From Nemertoderma westbladi (taxonomy: Eukaryota > Animalia > Xenacoelomorpha), in NCBI GenBank assembly GCA_032718475.1, contig JAUCBJ010006190.1:1-61655 (forward strand): a stretch of DNA of 61,655 nucleotides, in the 5' to 3' direction. A program made the translations under genes and the position numbers. Under the pieces are notes generated by a model. It was not told the origin of the DNA. It made no database searches and was given only the letters and a program-made list of their open reading frames with translations. This document shows positions 40,205 to 53,178 of the stretch, piece after piece; within the stretch, counting starts at the first letter, position 1; every line of letters begins with the position of its first letter.

Positions 40205-41718
40205 TTGCACCGGAAAGGGACTGAACCTGGGACCTCCTCATTGCACCGGAAAGGGACTGAACCTGGGACCTCCTCATTGCACCGGAAGGGGACTGAACCT
40301 GGGACCTCCTCATTGCACCGGAAGGGGACTGAACCTGGGACCTCCTCATTGCACCGGAAGGGGACTGAACCTGGGACCTCCTCATTGCACCGGAAAGGGA
40401 CTGAACCTGGGACCTCCTCATTGCACCGGAAAGGGACTGAACCTGGGACCTCCTCATTGCACCGGAAAGGGACTGAACCTGGGACCTCCTCATTGCACCG
40501 GAAAGGGACTGAACCTGGGACCTCCTCATTGCACCGGAAAGGGACTGAACCTGGGACCTCCTCATTGCACCGGAAGGGGACTGAACCTGGGACCTCCTCA
40601 TTGCACCGGGAGGGGACTGAACCTGGGACCTTCTCATTGCACCGGAAGGGGACTGAACCTGGGACCTCCTCATTGCACCTGAAGGGGACTGAACCTGGGA
40701 CCTCCTCATTGCACCGGAAGGGGACTGAACCTGGGACCTCCTCATTGCACCGGAAGGGGACTGAACCTGGGACCTCCTCATTGCACCGGAAAGGGACTGA
40801 ACCTGGGACCTCCTCATTGCACCGGAAAGGGACTGAACCTGGGACCTCCTCATTGCACCGGAAGGGGACTGAACCTGGGACCTCCTCATTGCACCGGAAA
40901 GGGACTGAACCTGGGACCTCCTCATTGCACCGGAAAGGGACTGAACCTGGGACCTCCTCATTGCACCGGAAAGGGACTGAACCTGGGACCTCCTCATTGC
41001 ACCAGAAAGGGACTGAACCTGGGACCTCCTCATTGCACCGGAAAGGGACTGAACCTGGGACCTCCTCATTGCACCGGAAAGGGACTGAACCTGGGACCTC
41101 CTCATTGCACCGGAAGGGGACTGAACCTGGGACCTCCTCATTGCACCGGAAGGGGACTGAACCTGGGACCTCCTCATTGCACCGGAAAGGGACTGAACCT
41201 GGGACCTCCTCATTGCACCGGAAAGGGACTGAACCTGGGACCTCCTCATTGCACCGGAAAGGGACTGAACCTGGGACCTCCTCATTGCACCGGAAAGGGA
41301 CTGAACCTGTGACCTCCTCATTGCACCGGAAAGGAACTGAACCTGGGACCTCCTCATTGCACCGGAAAGGGACTGAACCTGGGACCTCCTCATTGCACCG
41401 GAAGGGGACTGAACCTGGGACCTCCTCATTGCACCGGAAGGGGACTGAACCTGGGACCTCCTCATTGCTCCGGAAAGGGACTGAACCTGGGACCTCCTCA
41501 TTACACCGGAAAGGGACTGAACCTGGGACCTCCTCATTGCACCGGAAAGGGACTGAACCTGGGACCTCCTCATTGCACCGGAAAGGGACTGAACCTTGGA
41601 CCTCCTCATTGCACCGGAAAGGGACTGAACCTGGGACCTCCTCATTGCACCGGAAAGGGACTGAACCTGGGACATCCTCATTGCACCGGAAAGGGACTGA
41701 ACCTGGGACCTCCTCATT
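40205..41718. repeat. 36-bp minisatellite, 42 copies, tRNA T-arm-like on the minus strand
   Basis: Unit TTGCACCGGAAAGGGACTGAACCTGGGACCTCCTCA; 1514 bp = 42x36+2. Confidence 0.97.
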
Positions 41719-42446
41719 TATTGACAGAATCACAAGTGGACCAAGTGAAAAGTTTGGCTTGAGATAATGCAGGCAAATATTGCGAGAGGAATCAGTTATG
41801 TTTTACAATGGGTGTTTAAAAAATCGCAAATTCTTTGCGGAATAGTTAAGGGGGATCTGTCTCTGTGTTTCTTAAATTTCCTTAAGCCCATCAATTCGAA
41901 TGGCCATGTAATACTGTCGCTCTATTCAACTGACTACTGGAGACCTGCGTAGGTAGAGGACTGATTGGGACATCATCCAGCCGTTTGATTTAAGCGAAAC
42001 GATGAGAATTTCAATTAGGAAAGAATTTTACAAACATGCTTTTAGCGGGATACAGAGAGACCGAGATGTTATCAGAATCCCGGGATTTGTTCTCTGATTG
42101 CAGGATTTTGAGCGACTGAGATGGACTTGAAAGAATCCGCACTGCCTTTGGCACTGACTTTCATTAATATTGCTTTCAAGGGAGAAATAATAGGAACAGC
42201 TTGGCTTTATCGCTATTGATTTCATCTATAATGATTGTTTGTCGCGTTCACTCTATAATGGAAGAACATTTCCATGGTTCGGTCGGAGAGGTTGGAAATA
42301 ATTATAGGACTTAATTCAAAGCAATTTTAAAATATTTATAAATTGTGAATTAACGCGCCGAACAGAAATATATGGATAACTTCCAAGCACATCGATGGGA
42401 ATAGAAACAAACCAAACTGTCAGTAAATCAGTAAACCTGTAAACCC

Positions 42447-45400
42447 TATGATTTCTACCAACCCGGCTATTATTTATTACCCCGGTGCAGTATAATTTCC
42501 ACCAACCCGGCTATTATTTATTACCCCGGTGCAGTATGATTTCCACCAACCCGGCTATTATTTATTACCCCGGTGCAGTATGAGTTCCACCAACCCGGCT
42601 ATTATTTATTACGCCGGTGCAGTATGATTTCCACCAACCCGGCTATTATTTATTACCCCGGTGCAGTATGATTTCCACCAACCCGGCTATTATTTATTAC
42701 GCCGGTGCAGTATGATTTCCACCAACCCAGCTATTATTTATTACCCCGGTGCAGTATGATTTCCACCAACCCGGCTATTATTTATTACCCCGGTGCAGTA
42801 TGATTTCCAGCAACCCGGCGATTATTTATTAACCCGGTGCAGTAGGATTTCCACCAACCCGGCTATTATTTATTACCCCGGTGCAGTATGATTTCCACCA
42901 ACCCGGCTATTATTTATTACCCCGGTGCAGTATGATTTCCACCAACCCGGCTATTATTTATTACCCCGGTGCAGTATGATTCCACCAACCCGGCTATTAT
43001 TTATTACGCCGGTGCAGTATGATTTCCACCAACCCGGCTATTATTTATTACCCCGGTGCAGTATGATTTCCACCAACCCGGCTATTATTTATTACGCCGG
43101 TGCAGTATGATTTCCACCAACCCGGCTATTATTTATTACCCCGGTGCAGTATGATTTCCACCAACCCGGCTATTATTTATTACCCCGGTGCAGTATGATT
43201 TCCAGCAACCCGGCGATTATTTATTAACCCGGTGCAGTATGATTTCCACCAACCCGGCTATTATTTATTACCCCGGTGCAGTATGATTTCCATGAACCCG
43301 GCGGTTAATTATTACCCCGGTGCAGTATGATTTCCAGCAACCCGGCGATTATTTATTAACCCGGTGCAGTATGATTTCCACCAACCCTGCTATTATTTAC
43401 TACCCCGGTGCAGTATGATTTCCACCAACCCGGCTATTATTTATTAACCCGGTGCAGTATGATTTCCACCAACCCGGCTATTATTTATTACCCCGGTGCA
43501 GTATGATTTCCACCAACCCAGCTATTATTTATTACCCGGTGTAGTATGATTTCCAGCAACCCGGCTATTATTTATTACCCCGGTGCAGTATGATTTCCAC
43601 CAACCCGGCTATTATTTATTACGCCGGTGCAGTTTGATTTCCACCAACCGAACCCGGCTATTATTTATTACCCCGGTGCAGTATGATTTCCACCAACCCG
43701 GCTATTATTTATTACCCGGTGAAGTATGATTTCCAGCAACCCGGCTATTATTTATTACCCCGGTGCAGTATGATTTCCACCAACCCGGCTATTATTTATT
43801 ACCCCGGTGCAGTATGATTTCCACCAACCCGGCGATTATTCATTACCCCGGTGCAGTATGATTTCCACCAACCCGGCTATTATTTATTACGCCGGTGCTG
43901 TTTGATTTCCACCAACCGAACCCGGCTATTATTTAATACCCCGGTGCAGTATGATTTCCACCAACCCGGCCATTATTTATTACCCCGGTGCAGTATGATT
44001 TCCACCAACCCGGCGATTAATTATTACCCCGGTGCAGTATGATTTCCACGAACCCGGCGGTTAATTATTACCCCGGTGCAGTATGATTTCCAGCAACCCG
44101 GCGATTATTTATTAACCCGGTTCAGTATGATTTCCACCAACCCGGCGATTAATTATTTCCCCGGTGCAGTATGATTTCAACGAACCCGGCTATTGTTTAT
44201 TACCCCGGTGCAGTATGATTTCCACCAACCCGGCTATTATTTATTACCCGGTGCAGTATGATTTCCAGCAACCCGGCTATTATTTATTACCCCGGTGCAG
44301 TATGATTTCCACCAACCCGGCTATTATTTATTACCCCGGTGCAGTATGATTTCCACCAACCCGGCGATTATTCATTACCCCGGTGCAGTATGATTTCCAA
44401 CAACCCGGCTATTATTTATTACGCCGGTGCAGTTTGATTTCCACCAACCGAACCCGGCTATTATTTAATACCCCGGTGCAGTATGATTTCCACCAACCCG
44501 GCCATTATTTATTACCCCGGTGCAGTATGATTTCCACCAACCCGGCGATTAACTATTACCCCGGTGCAGTATGATTTCCACGAACCCGGCGGTTAATTAT
44601 TACCCCGGTGCAGTATGATTTCCACAAACCCGGCTATTATTTAATACCCCTGTGCAGTATGATTTCCAGCAACCCGGCGATTATTTATTCACCCGGTGTA
44701 GTATGATTTCCACCAACCCGGCTATTATTTATTACCCCGGTGCAGTATGATTTCCACCAACCCGGCTATTATTTATTACCCCGGTGCAGTATGATTACCA
44801 GCAACACGGCGATTATTTATATACCCGGTGCAGTATGATTTCCACGAACCCGGCTATTATTTAATACCCCTGTGCAGTATGATTTCCAGCAACCCGGCGA
44901 TTATTTATTAACCCGGTGTAGTATGATTTCCACCAACCCTGCTATTATTTAATACCCCGGTGCAGTATGATTTCCAACAATCCGGCTATTATTTATTACC
45001 CCGGTGCAGTATGATTTCCAGCAACCCGGCGATTATTTATTAACCCGGTGCAGTATGATTTCCAGCAACCCGGCGATTAATTATTTCCCCGGTGCAGTAT
45101 GATTTCAACGAACCCGGCTATTGTTTATTACCCCGGTGCAGTATGATTTCCACCAACCCGGCTATTATTTATTACCCGGTGCAGTATGATTTCCAGCAAC
45201 CCGGCTATTATTTATTACCCCGGTGCAGTATGATTTCCACCAACCCGGCTATTATTTATTACCCCGGTGCAGTATGATTTCCACCAACCCGGCGATTATT
45301 CATTACCCCGGTGCAGTATGATTTCCAACAACCCGGCTATTATTTATTACGCCGGTGCAGTTTGATTTCCACCAACCGAACCCGGCTATTATTTAATACC

Positions 45401-46873
45401 CCGGTGCAGTATGATTTCCACCAACCCGGCCATTATTTATTACCCCGGTGCAGTATGATTTCCACCAACCCGGCGATTAACTATTACCCCGGTGCAGTAT
45501 GATTTCCACGAACCCGGCGGTTAATTATTACCCCGGTGCAGTATGATTTCCAGCAACCCGGCGATTATTTATTAACCCGGTGCAGTATGATTTCCACCAA
45601 CCCGGCGATTAATTATTTCCCCGGTACAGTATGATTTCAACGAACCCGGCTATTGTTTATTACCCCGGTGCAGTATGATTTCCACGAACCCGGCTATTAT
45701 TTAAAACCCCGTTGCAGTATGATTTCCACCAACCCGGCTATTATTTATTACCCCGGTGCAGTATGATTTCCAGCAACAAGGCGATTATTTATAAACCCGG
45801 TGCAGTATAATTTCCACGAACCCGGCTATTATTTAATACCCCTGTGCAGTATGATTTCCAGCAACCCGGCGATTATTTATTAACCCGGTGTAGTATGATT
45901 TCCACGAACCCGGCTATTATTTAAAACCCCGGTGCAGTATGATTTCCACCAACCCGGCTATTATTTATTACCCCGGTGCAGTATGATTTCCAGCATCAAG
46001 GCGATTATTTATATACCCGGTGCAGTATGATTTCCACAAACCCGGCTATTATTTAATACCCCTGTGCAGTATGATTTCCAGCAACCCGGCGATTATTTAT
46101 TAACCCGGTGTAGTATGATTTCCACCAACCCGGCTATTATTTATTACCCCGGTGCAGTATGATTTCCACCAACCCGGCTATTATTTATTACCCCGGTGCA
46201 GTATGATTTCCAGCAACACGGCGATTATTTATATACCCGGTGCAGTATGATTTCCACGAACCCGGCTATTATTTAATACCCCTGTGCAGTATGATTTCCA
46301 GCAACCCGGCGATTATTTATTAACCCGGTGTAGTATGATTTCCACCAACCCTGCTATTATTTAATACCCCGGTGCAGTATGATTTCCAACAATCCGGCTA
46401 TTATTTATTACCCCGGTGCAGTATGATTTCCAGCAACCCGGCGATTATTTATTAACCCGGTGCAGTATGATTTCCAGCAACCCGGCTATTATTTATTACC
46501 CCGGTGCAGTATGATTTCCACCAACCCGGCTATTATTTATTACCCCGGTGCAGTATGATTTCCAGCAACACGGCGATTATTTATATACCCGGTGCAGTAT
46601 GATTTCCACGAACCCGGCTATTATTTAATACCGCTGTGCAGTATGATTTCCAGCAACCCGGTGATTATTTATTAACCCGGTGTAGTATGATTTCCACCAA
46701 CCCTGCTATTATTTAATACCCCGGTGCAGTATGATTTCCAACAATCCGGCTATTATTTATTACCCCGGTGCAGTATGATTTCCAGCAACCCGGCGATTAT
46801 TTATTAACCCGGTGCAGTATGATTTCCAGCAACCCGGCTATTATTTATTAACCCGGTGCAGTATGATTTCTAC
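42447..46873. repeat. 44-bp minisatellite array, more diverged, with higher-order blocks
   Basis: Unit TATGATTTCCACCAACCCGGCTATTATTTATTACCCCGGTGCAG, about 100 copies. A block repeats at a 928-bp offset (identical ORFs at 44164/45092 and 44383/45311). Confidence 0.97.
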
Positions 46874-47105
46874 TATGATAATATACGAAGTGTAAGGTTT
46901 TATTGATCTCACCACATAGTGGATGGCGGATAAATATAACGACGAAATAGAAAGAAGTAAAAAAAGTAACGGAAAACATTCTCTCACACTCATTTTCTTT
47001 AGCGAAATTCAGGAATTCTGTCCTGGTGTGTTGAGTTTTCCAGTCGTATGCATTCTAGCACCAACGAAGCGAGTGCCAATAAAAATGTTTCCAACTCTTC
47101 TATAG

Positions 47106-47608
47106 CTCAACCACTCAGTCAGAATACTCAACCAAACTCAACCACTCAGTCAGAATACTCAACCAAACTCAACCACTCAGTCAGAATACTCAACCAAACT
47201 CAACCACTCAGTCAGAATACTCAACCAAACTCAACCACTCAGTCAGAATACTCAACCAAACTCAACCACTCAGTCAGAATACTCAACCAAACTCAACCAC
47301 TCAGTCAGAATACTCAACCAAACTCAACCACGCAGTCAGAATACTCAACCAAACTCAACCACTCAGTAAGAATACTCAACCAAACTCAACCACTCAGTAA
47401 GAATACTCAACCAAACTCAACCACTCAGTAAGAATACTCAACCAAACTCAACCACTCAGTAAGAATACTCAACCAAACTCAACCACTCAGTAAGAATACT
47501 CTACCAAACTCAACCACTCAGTAAGAATACTCAATCAAACTCAACCACTCAGTCAGAATACTCAACCAAACTCAACCACTCAGTCAGAATACTCAATTAA
47601 ACTCAACC
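47106..47608. repeat. 31-bp minisatellite, left part
   Basis: Unit ACTCAACCAAACTCAACCACTCAGTCAGAAT, about 16 copies. Confidence 0.97.
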
Positions 47609-49029
47609 TACTACTACTACTAGGTCGAGCGAACTCGGACAGTGGAAATGAGATCCTTCCAGGCTTCCCGATTCTCCATAGTTGTCGCAATTTCGTTTCT
47701 CCCAAGTTCAGTATCCCTTTCAAGTTGATCTATATATGTTATGGCCGGTCGTCCACGACTACGCTTTCCATGAGTTGGTTGCCAGAGAAGTAGATCTGGT
47801 ATGACCTCGTCTTTACTTCGCCAGCAGTGCCCACTGAATCTTAATCTGCGTTCACGGAGGGTGGTTGATACAGGTGGTATTGTACCATAAAGCTCGGCGT
47901 TTGTCATGTGTTGTCTCCAGCTGATGTTTAGGGCTGCCCTTAGTAGTCTTGTGTAGCAACCATCAATTCGTTGTTCAAGTGATTTAGTCAGTGTCCAGGT
48001 CTCACCCCCATATAAAAATACACTTTCCACTGTGGCTTGAAAGAACTTAGTCTTCAGGTGCCTGGAGAGTTCTGATTTCCAGATGGTATCCATTTTTGAT
48101 AGAGCTACCCAAGCCTTTGCTTTCCTAACTTCTATGTCCTTTTTGTTACTCTCTATCCATGATCCAAGGTACTGGAAGTCATCGACCTTCCTTAGTTGAT
48201 TATTATCAATGGTTGTCAAGTATCCATCAACATTAAAGGTCATGAATTCGGTCTTGGTAGCATTTATATGCAATCCAACCTCCTTAGCAGCCCTCTCCAC
48301 TTTATTTAGTAGAAGCTGTGCATCTGCTAGCGTATTAGAGAGCAGGGCGATGTCATCCGCAAAGTCGGTGTCTGTGACTGTAGTTGCCGGATATCTACTA
48401 CTTCTGCGTTCTTGAAGTGTGAATCCCAGATCTTCACCCTTTGTGGCCGTCCTCATTGCGTAATCCAGCACAATTACAAATAGTAATGGTACTAATGTGT
48501 CACCTTGCAGTACGCCAGCCAGGATTGAGAAAAACTCAGTTTCACCATCTGGTGAGAGTACCTGCGCTTCTGTGTCACAATATAACAATCCAATGCCAGC
48601 AACAATTACTTCTGGTATTCCATAAGCTCTTAGGATTTCAAGCATTTTACCTCTATGGATGGAGTCGAATGCCTTCTTGAAGTCCACAAAAGTCATGACT
48701 GCGGGGAGATTCTTTGACTTAATTCCTTCAATCAGTCTCCGTAGTGCAAGTATCTGAGCTATTGTTGATCTACTTGGTCGAAATCCGTTTTGGCTCTTAC
48801 GCAGTAGTTTCTCTATGTGAGGCCTAATCCTATATAGAATCATTTTATTGTATATTTTGGCAGCTACCACAAGCAGACAGATCCCACGATAGTTTGTTGG
48901 TATGCCGAGGTCTCCTTTCTTGGGGAGAGGCTTTAGTTGACCTTTAGTCCAAATTGGTGGTGGCTTTTCCCCTTTTAACATCCGGTTGCAAACATTCAAT
49001 AATGGTCTGTTTAGCTGTATAATGGTCTG
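47609..49029 (-). mobile_element. 5'-truncated RTE-clade non-LTR retrotransposon with an uninterrupted reverse transcriptase ORF
   Basis: RT motifs PLPKKGD..NYRGI, QNGFR, FVDFKKAFDSI, GVLQGDTL, FADD and YLGS, with the RTE-type C-terminus RRLRFSGHCWR...RSRGRP. There is no endonuclease domain. The 3' tail is (TAG)5. An 11-bp TSD TAAACTCAACC lies at 47598-47608 and 49030-49040. The ORF-track start at 49059 lies in flanking minisatellite and is not a real start. Confidence 0.95.
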
Positions 49030-49394
49030 TAAACTCAACCACTCAGTCAGAATACTCAATCAAACTCAACCACTCAGTCAGAATACTCAACCAAACTTAA
49101 CCACTCAGTCAGAATACTCAACCAAACTCAACCACTCAGTCAGAATACTCAACCAAACTCAACCACTCAGTCAGAATACTCAACCAAACTCAACCACTCA
49201 GTCACAATACTCAACCAAACTCAACCACTCAGTCAGAATACTCAACCAAACTCAACCACTCAGTCAGAATACTCAACCAAACTCAACCACTCAGTCAGAA
49301 TACTCAACCAAACTCAACCACTCAGTCAGAATACTCAACCAAACTCAACCACTCAGTAAGAATACTCAACCAAACTCAACCACACAGTCAGAAT
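49030..49394. repeat. 31-bp minisatellite, right part
   Basis: Same unit as 47106-47608, about 12 copies. Confidence 0.97.
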
Positions 49395-49881
49395 AGTTGA
49401 ATTTCGCTAAACTGTAACTGTGTTTTCTTCTCCCACATGAAGTAAAAAGATTTAATTTAGATTTTTCTTATTGATTAATTGGCTAAAGCTAAATAAATAT
49501 TGAAAGTATTCCATCGGAATTATAAACCGACAAACCGATAAACCGAAAACCGACAAGCCGCAGTAATAAAAAGAAAGCGATAAAAAATACCAACTCCAGA
49601 AAAACAATCTTTCGCAAACTTTAAAAATCCTTAACATCATTAATCCGAAATAAAAGTAGATAAATACCTTTACCGGGTCTAGAAATATCCAGGTTTCCTG
49701 TTAAAATTCAAACAGAAATAATTTGTAATGAACATAAGTGAACTTCCTACAGAACACACATCATCAGTTCACATCCAATTAATTATTATACTGTAATCTA
49801 TTAATTTACATTATAATATTAGGTTGGTTATTGTTAATATTAATATAATATTACGTCGTGGTATATTATAGTAATACCAAC

Positions 49882-50033
49882 CTGCACATCCTTCTATAAT
49901 CTCATTTGGATGTTTCGTAGTACCGCCGAGTAGACGCGGCGATTGTCCGTTTAAATCCAGGGAATTTAAACAGCCTTGAAACCCGACCCGGGATTGAACC
50001 TTGATAGCTAGCGAATCCTCCTCAAACAAATCA
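49882..50033 (-). CDS. NRXN: Next alpha-neurexin exon (end of LamG5, up to the third EGF repeat)
   Basis: Encodes DLFEEDSLAIKVQSRVGFQGCLNSLDLNGQSPRLLGGTTKHPNEIIEGCA(G), matching the neurexin motif GFQGCLASVDLNG...IERGCEG. Acceptor tttttAG at 50035-50034; donor GTTGGT from 49881. The upstream exon ends in TA and this one starts with T, giving TAT (Tyr) in frame. Length 152 nt = 1+150+1. Confidence 0.92.
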
Positions 50034-50195
50034 CTAAAAATTATTAAAATACAAATAATAAAATTGCTGACCAAAAACAATTAAATTTAATTTTACCAAG
50101 ACCAATTTAATATAAATAAAAAGTTATGATTTTATTTCATACAAAATTAGACGCGGTTAGCGGTAGAGGAACTCAGAAATTCTGATTAAATAATT

Positions 50196-50907
50196 GTAGG
50201 ATCAGTAGGATAATTAGGATCAGTAGTTTCATTAGGATCAGTAGGATCATTAGGATCATTAGGATCAGTAGGATCAGTAGGATCAGTAGGATAATTAGGA
50301 TCAGTAGGATCTTTAGGATCAGTAGGATCATTAGGATCATTAGGATCATTAGGATCATTAGGATCAGTAGGATCAGTAGGATCAGTAGGATAAATAGGAT
50401 CAGTAGTTTCATTAGGATCAGTAGGATCAGTAGGATCAGTAGGATCAGTAGGATCAGTAGGATAATTAGGATCAGTAGGATCAGTAGGATAATTAGGATC
50501 ATTAGGATCATTAGGATCAGTAGGATCAGTAGGATCAGTAGGATAATTAGGATCATTACGATCAGTAGGATAATTAGGATCATTAGGATCAGTAGGATCA
50601 TTAGGATCATTAGGATCAGTAGGATCAGTAGGATAAATAGGATCAGTAGTTTCATTAGGATCAGTAGGATAATTAGGATCATTAGGATCAGTAGGATCAT
50701 TACGATCAGTAGGATAATTAGGATCATTAGAATCAGTAGGATCATTAGGATCAGTAGGATCATTAGGATCAGTAGGATCAGTAGGATCAGTAGGATCATT
50801 AGGATCATTAGGATCAGTAGGATCAGTAGGATCAGTAGGATCAGTAGGATAATTAGGATCATTAGGATCAGTAGGATCATTAGGATCAGTAGGATCATTA
50901 GGATCAG
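50196..50907. repeat. 9-bp tandem repeat (TAGGATCAG / TAGGATCAT / TAGGATAAT)
   Basis: About 79 units; yields the DPT/DPN and LIL/MIL artefact ORFs. Confidence 0.97.
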
Positions 50908-50926
50908 CATAATGTTTGAGTTGAGT

Positions 50927-52181
50927 ATTCGGTTCGGACAATTCGGTTCGGACAATTCGGTGCGGACAATTCGGTGCGGACAATTTGGTTCGGACAATAA
51001 TGTTCGGACAATTCGGTTCGGACAATTCGGTTCGGACAATAATGTTCGGACAATTCGGTTCGGACAATTCGGTTCGGACAATAATGTTCGGACAATTCGG
51101 TTCGGACAATTTGGTTCGGACAATTCGTTTCGGTCAATTTGGTTCGGACAATTCGGTGCAGACAATTCGGTGCGGAGAATTCGGTTCGGACAATTCGGTT
51201 CGGACAATAATGTTCGGACAATTCGGTTCGGACAATTTGGTTCGGGCAATTCGTTTCGGACAATTCGGTTCGGACAATTCGGTGCAGACAATTCGGTGCG
51301 GAGAATTCGGTGCGGACAATTCGGTTCGGACAATAATGTTCGGACAATTCGGTTCGGACAATTCGGTTCGAACAATAATGTTCGGACAATTCGGTTCGGA
51401 CAATTTGGTTCGGACAATTCGGTTCGGACAATAATGTTCGGACAATTCGGTTCTGACAATTTGGTTCGCACAATAATGTTCGGACAATTCGGTTCGGCAA
51501 TTCGGTTCGGACAATAATTTTCGGACAATTCGGTTCGTACAATTCGGTGCGGACAATTCGGTGCGGACAATTTGGTTCGGACAATAATGTTCGGACAATT
51601 CGGTTCGGACAATTCGGTTCGGACAATAATGTTCGGACAATTCGGTTCGGACAATTCGGTTCGGACAATTCGGTTCGGACAACTTGGTACGGACAATTCG
51701 GTGCGGACAATTCGGTTCGGACAATAATGTTCGGACAATTCGGTTCGGACAATTCGGTTCGAACAATAATGTTCGGACAATTCGGTTCGGACAATTCGGT
51801 TCGGACAATTCGGTTCGGCCAATTCGGTTCGGACAATTCGGTTCGGACAATTCGGTTCGGACAATTCGATTCGGACAATTCGGTTCAGACAACTCGGTAC
51901 AGACAATTCGGTGCGGACAATTCGGTTCGGACAATTCGGTTCGGACAATTCGATTCGGACAATTCGGTTCGGACAATTCGGTTCGGACAATTCGGTTCGG
52001 ACAATTCGGTTCGGACAATTCGGTTCGGACAAATCGGTTCGGACAACTCGGTACGGACAATTCGGTGCGGACAATTCGGTTCGGACAATTCGGTTCGGAC
52101 AATTCGTTTCAGACAATTCGTTTCGGGCAATTCGGTTCGGACAATTCGGTTCGGACAATTAGGTCACGAACAATTCGGTGC
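50927..52181. repeat. 14-bp tandem repeat (GGACAATTCGGTTC and variants)
   Basis: About 89 units; one inverted copy follows at 52205-52221. Confidence 0.97.
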
Positions 52182-53178
52182 CATTTATTAAGCGGTATGG
52201 GAAGCGAAATTGTCCGCGCCCTAATTGCATACATATATATAATAATAATTATATAATAGCTTTAAATAAATTGCAAGAAATACCTTAACTTAACTATGCT
52301 TTGGAGCATTTGTTTAGAAATATGAAAAGCACTGTTCTATTGTTCAATAAGTCAGTGCAACCCACGAGTGGGCGAACTGGCTACTGCCTTACTTCCTCCA
52401 GTGCGTCTGAGACAGAAAGATTTCCTCCCCATTAATATAACTGGTAGTGAATTTCATTTCACGCAAAAAATATAATAGGCAATCTATTTAAAATGAACTA
52501 ATAGCATTTAAATTATAGATAAGCCAATAAGAGTTTCTAATAATAAAGCAGGCTGTAACATATCTGCCACTAATGACAAATATAGATTGATTTAACAAAG
52601 GCTTGTTTGAGAACCTGCCCTTCTCAAGTTTTAATCAATTTTCCATTCGTGAAAGGAAAGGCGACATTATCACACCTCCGCCGCATTCCCATATACCATT
52701 CCGAATATTAAGTTCTTACAGCAAATTTATTTAACTGAAACTAAACTTCATATCAACTCCAAACAATCTTAGAAAACAAAAAATTGTAAAATTGTTTGTG
52801 AACGAAAAAGCTTAACAAATCTGTCATGTCGTCATTAAATCGGACGTGATATGTTTTAATGTATTCTGACAATATTATCTCTTAGAATAGACTCTAAAAA
52901 AAGAAGTATATTCATTTGGACATTGTATCTATCGAATTAACCCGCAAGATTTAATCTACAACCCAAATACCTCATCAACCATTCTCAACGGCACTCTATT
53001 CTAAAAGGTGTGGTCCAGATTTAAACGATATTTAGACAGTCTTTGCATAATAATGAAGAACTTTAAATACACATTATATTCGGGAAATGATATGCTTGAT
53101 CCACTCGGAAACCTGTACACCCACCATACCGGTAACACAACCAGTTGTGAGCAGATGAAATAAAAAAAAGTTAGAGCC

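Noticed and set aside
38741-41767. In-frame 13-aa and 12-aa repeat ORFs from the 39-bp and 36-bp arrays
   Set aside because: Several frames are open at once (both strands for the 36-bp array), and the ORFs end close to the array edges. This is expected of stop-poor units divisible by 3.
50173-52256. DPT/DPN, poly-Leu/Ile and RTELSEPNCPNRIV ORFs
   Set aside because: These are translations of 9-bp and 14-bp repeats inside the neurexin intron, whose flanking exons already join in frame.
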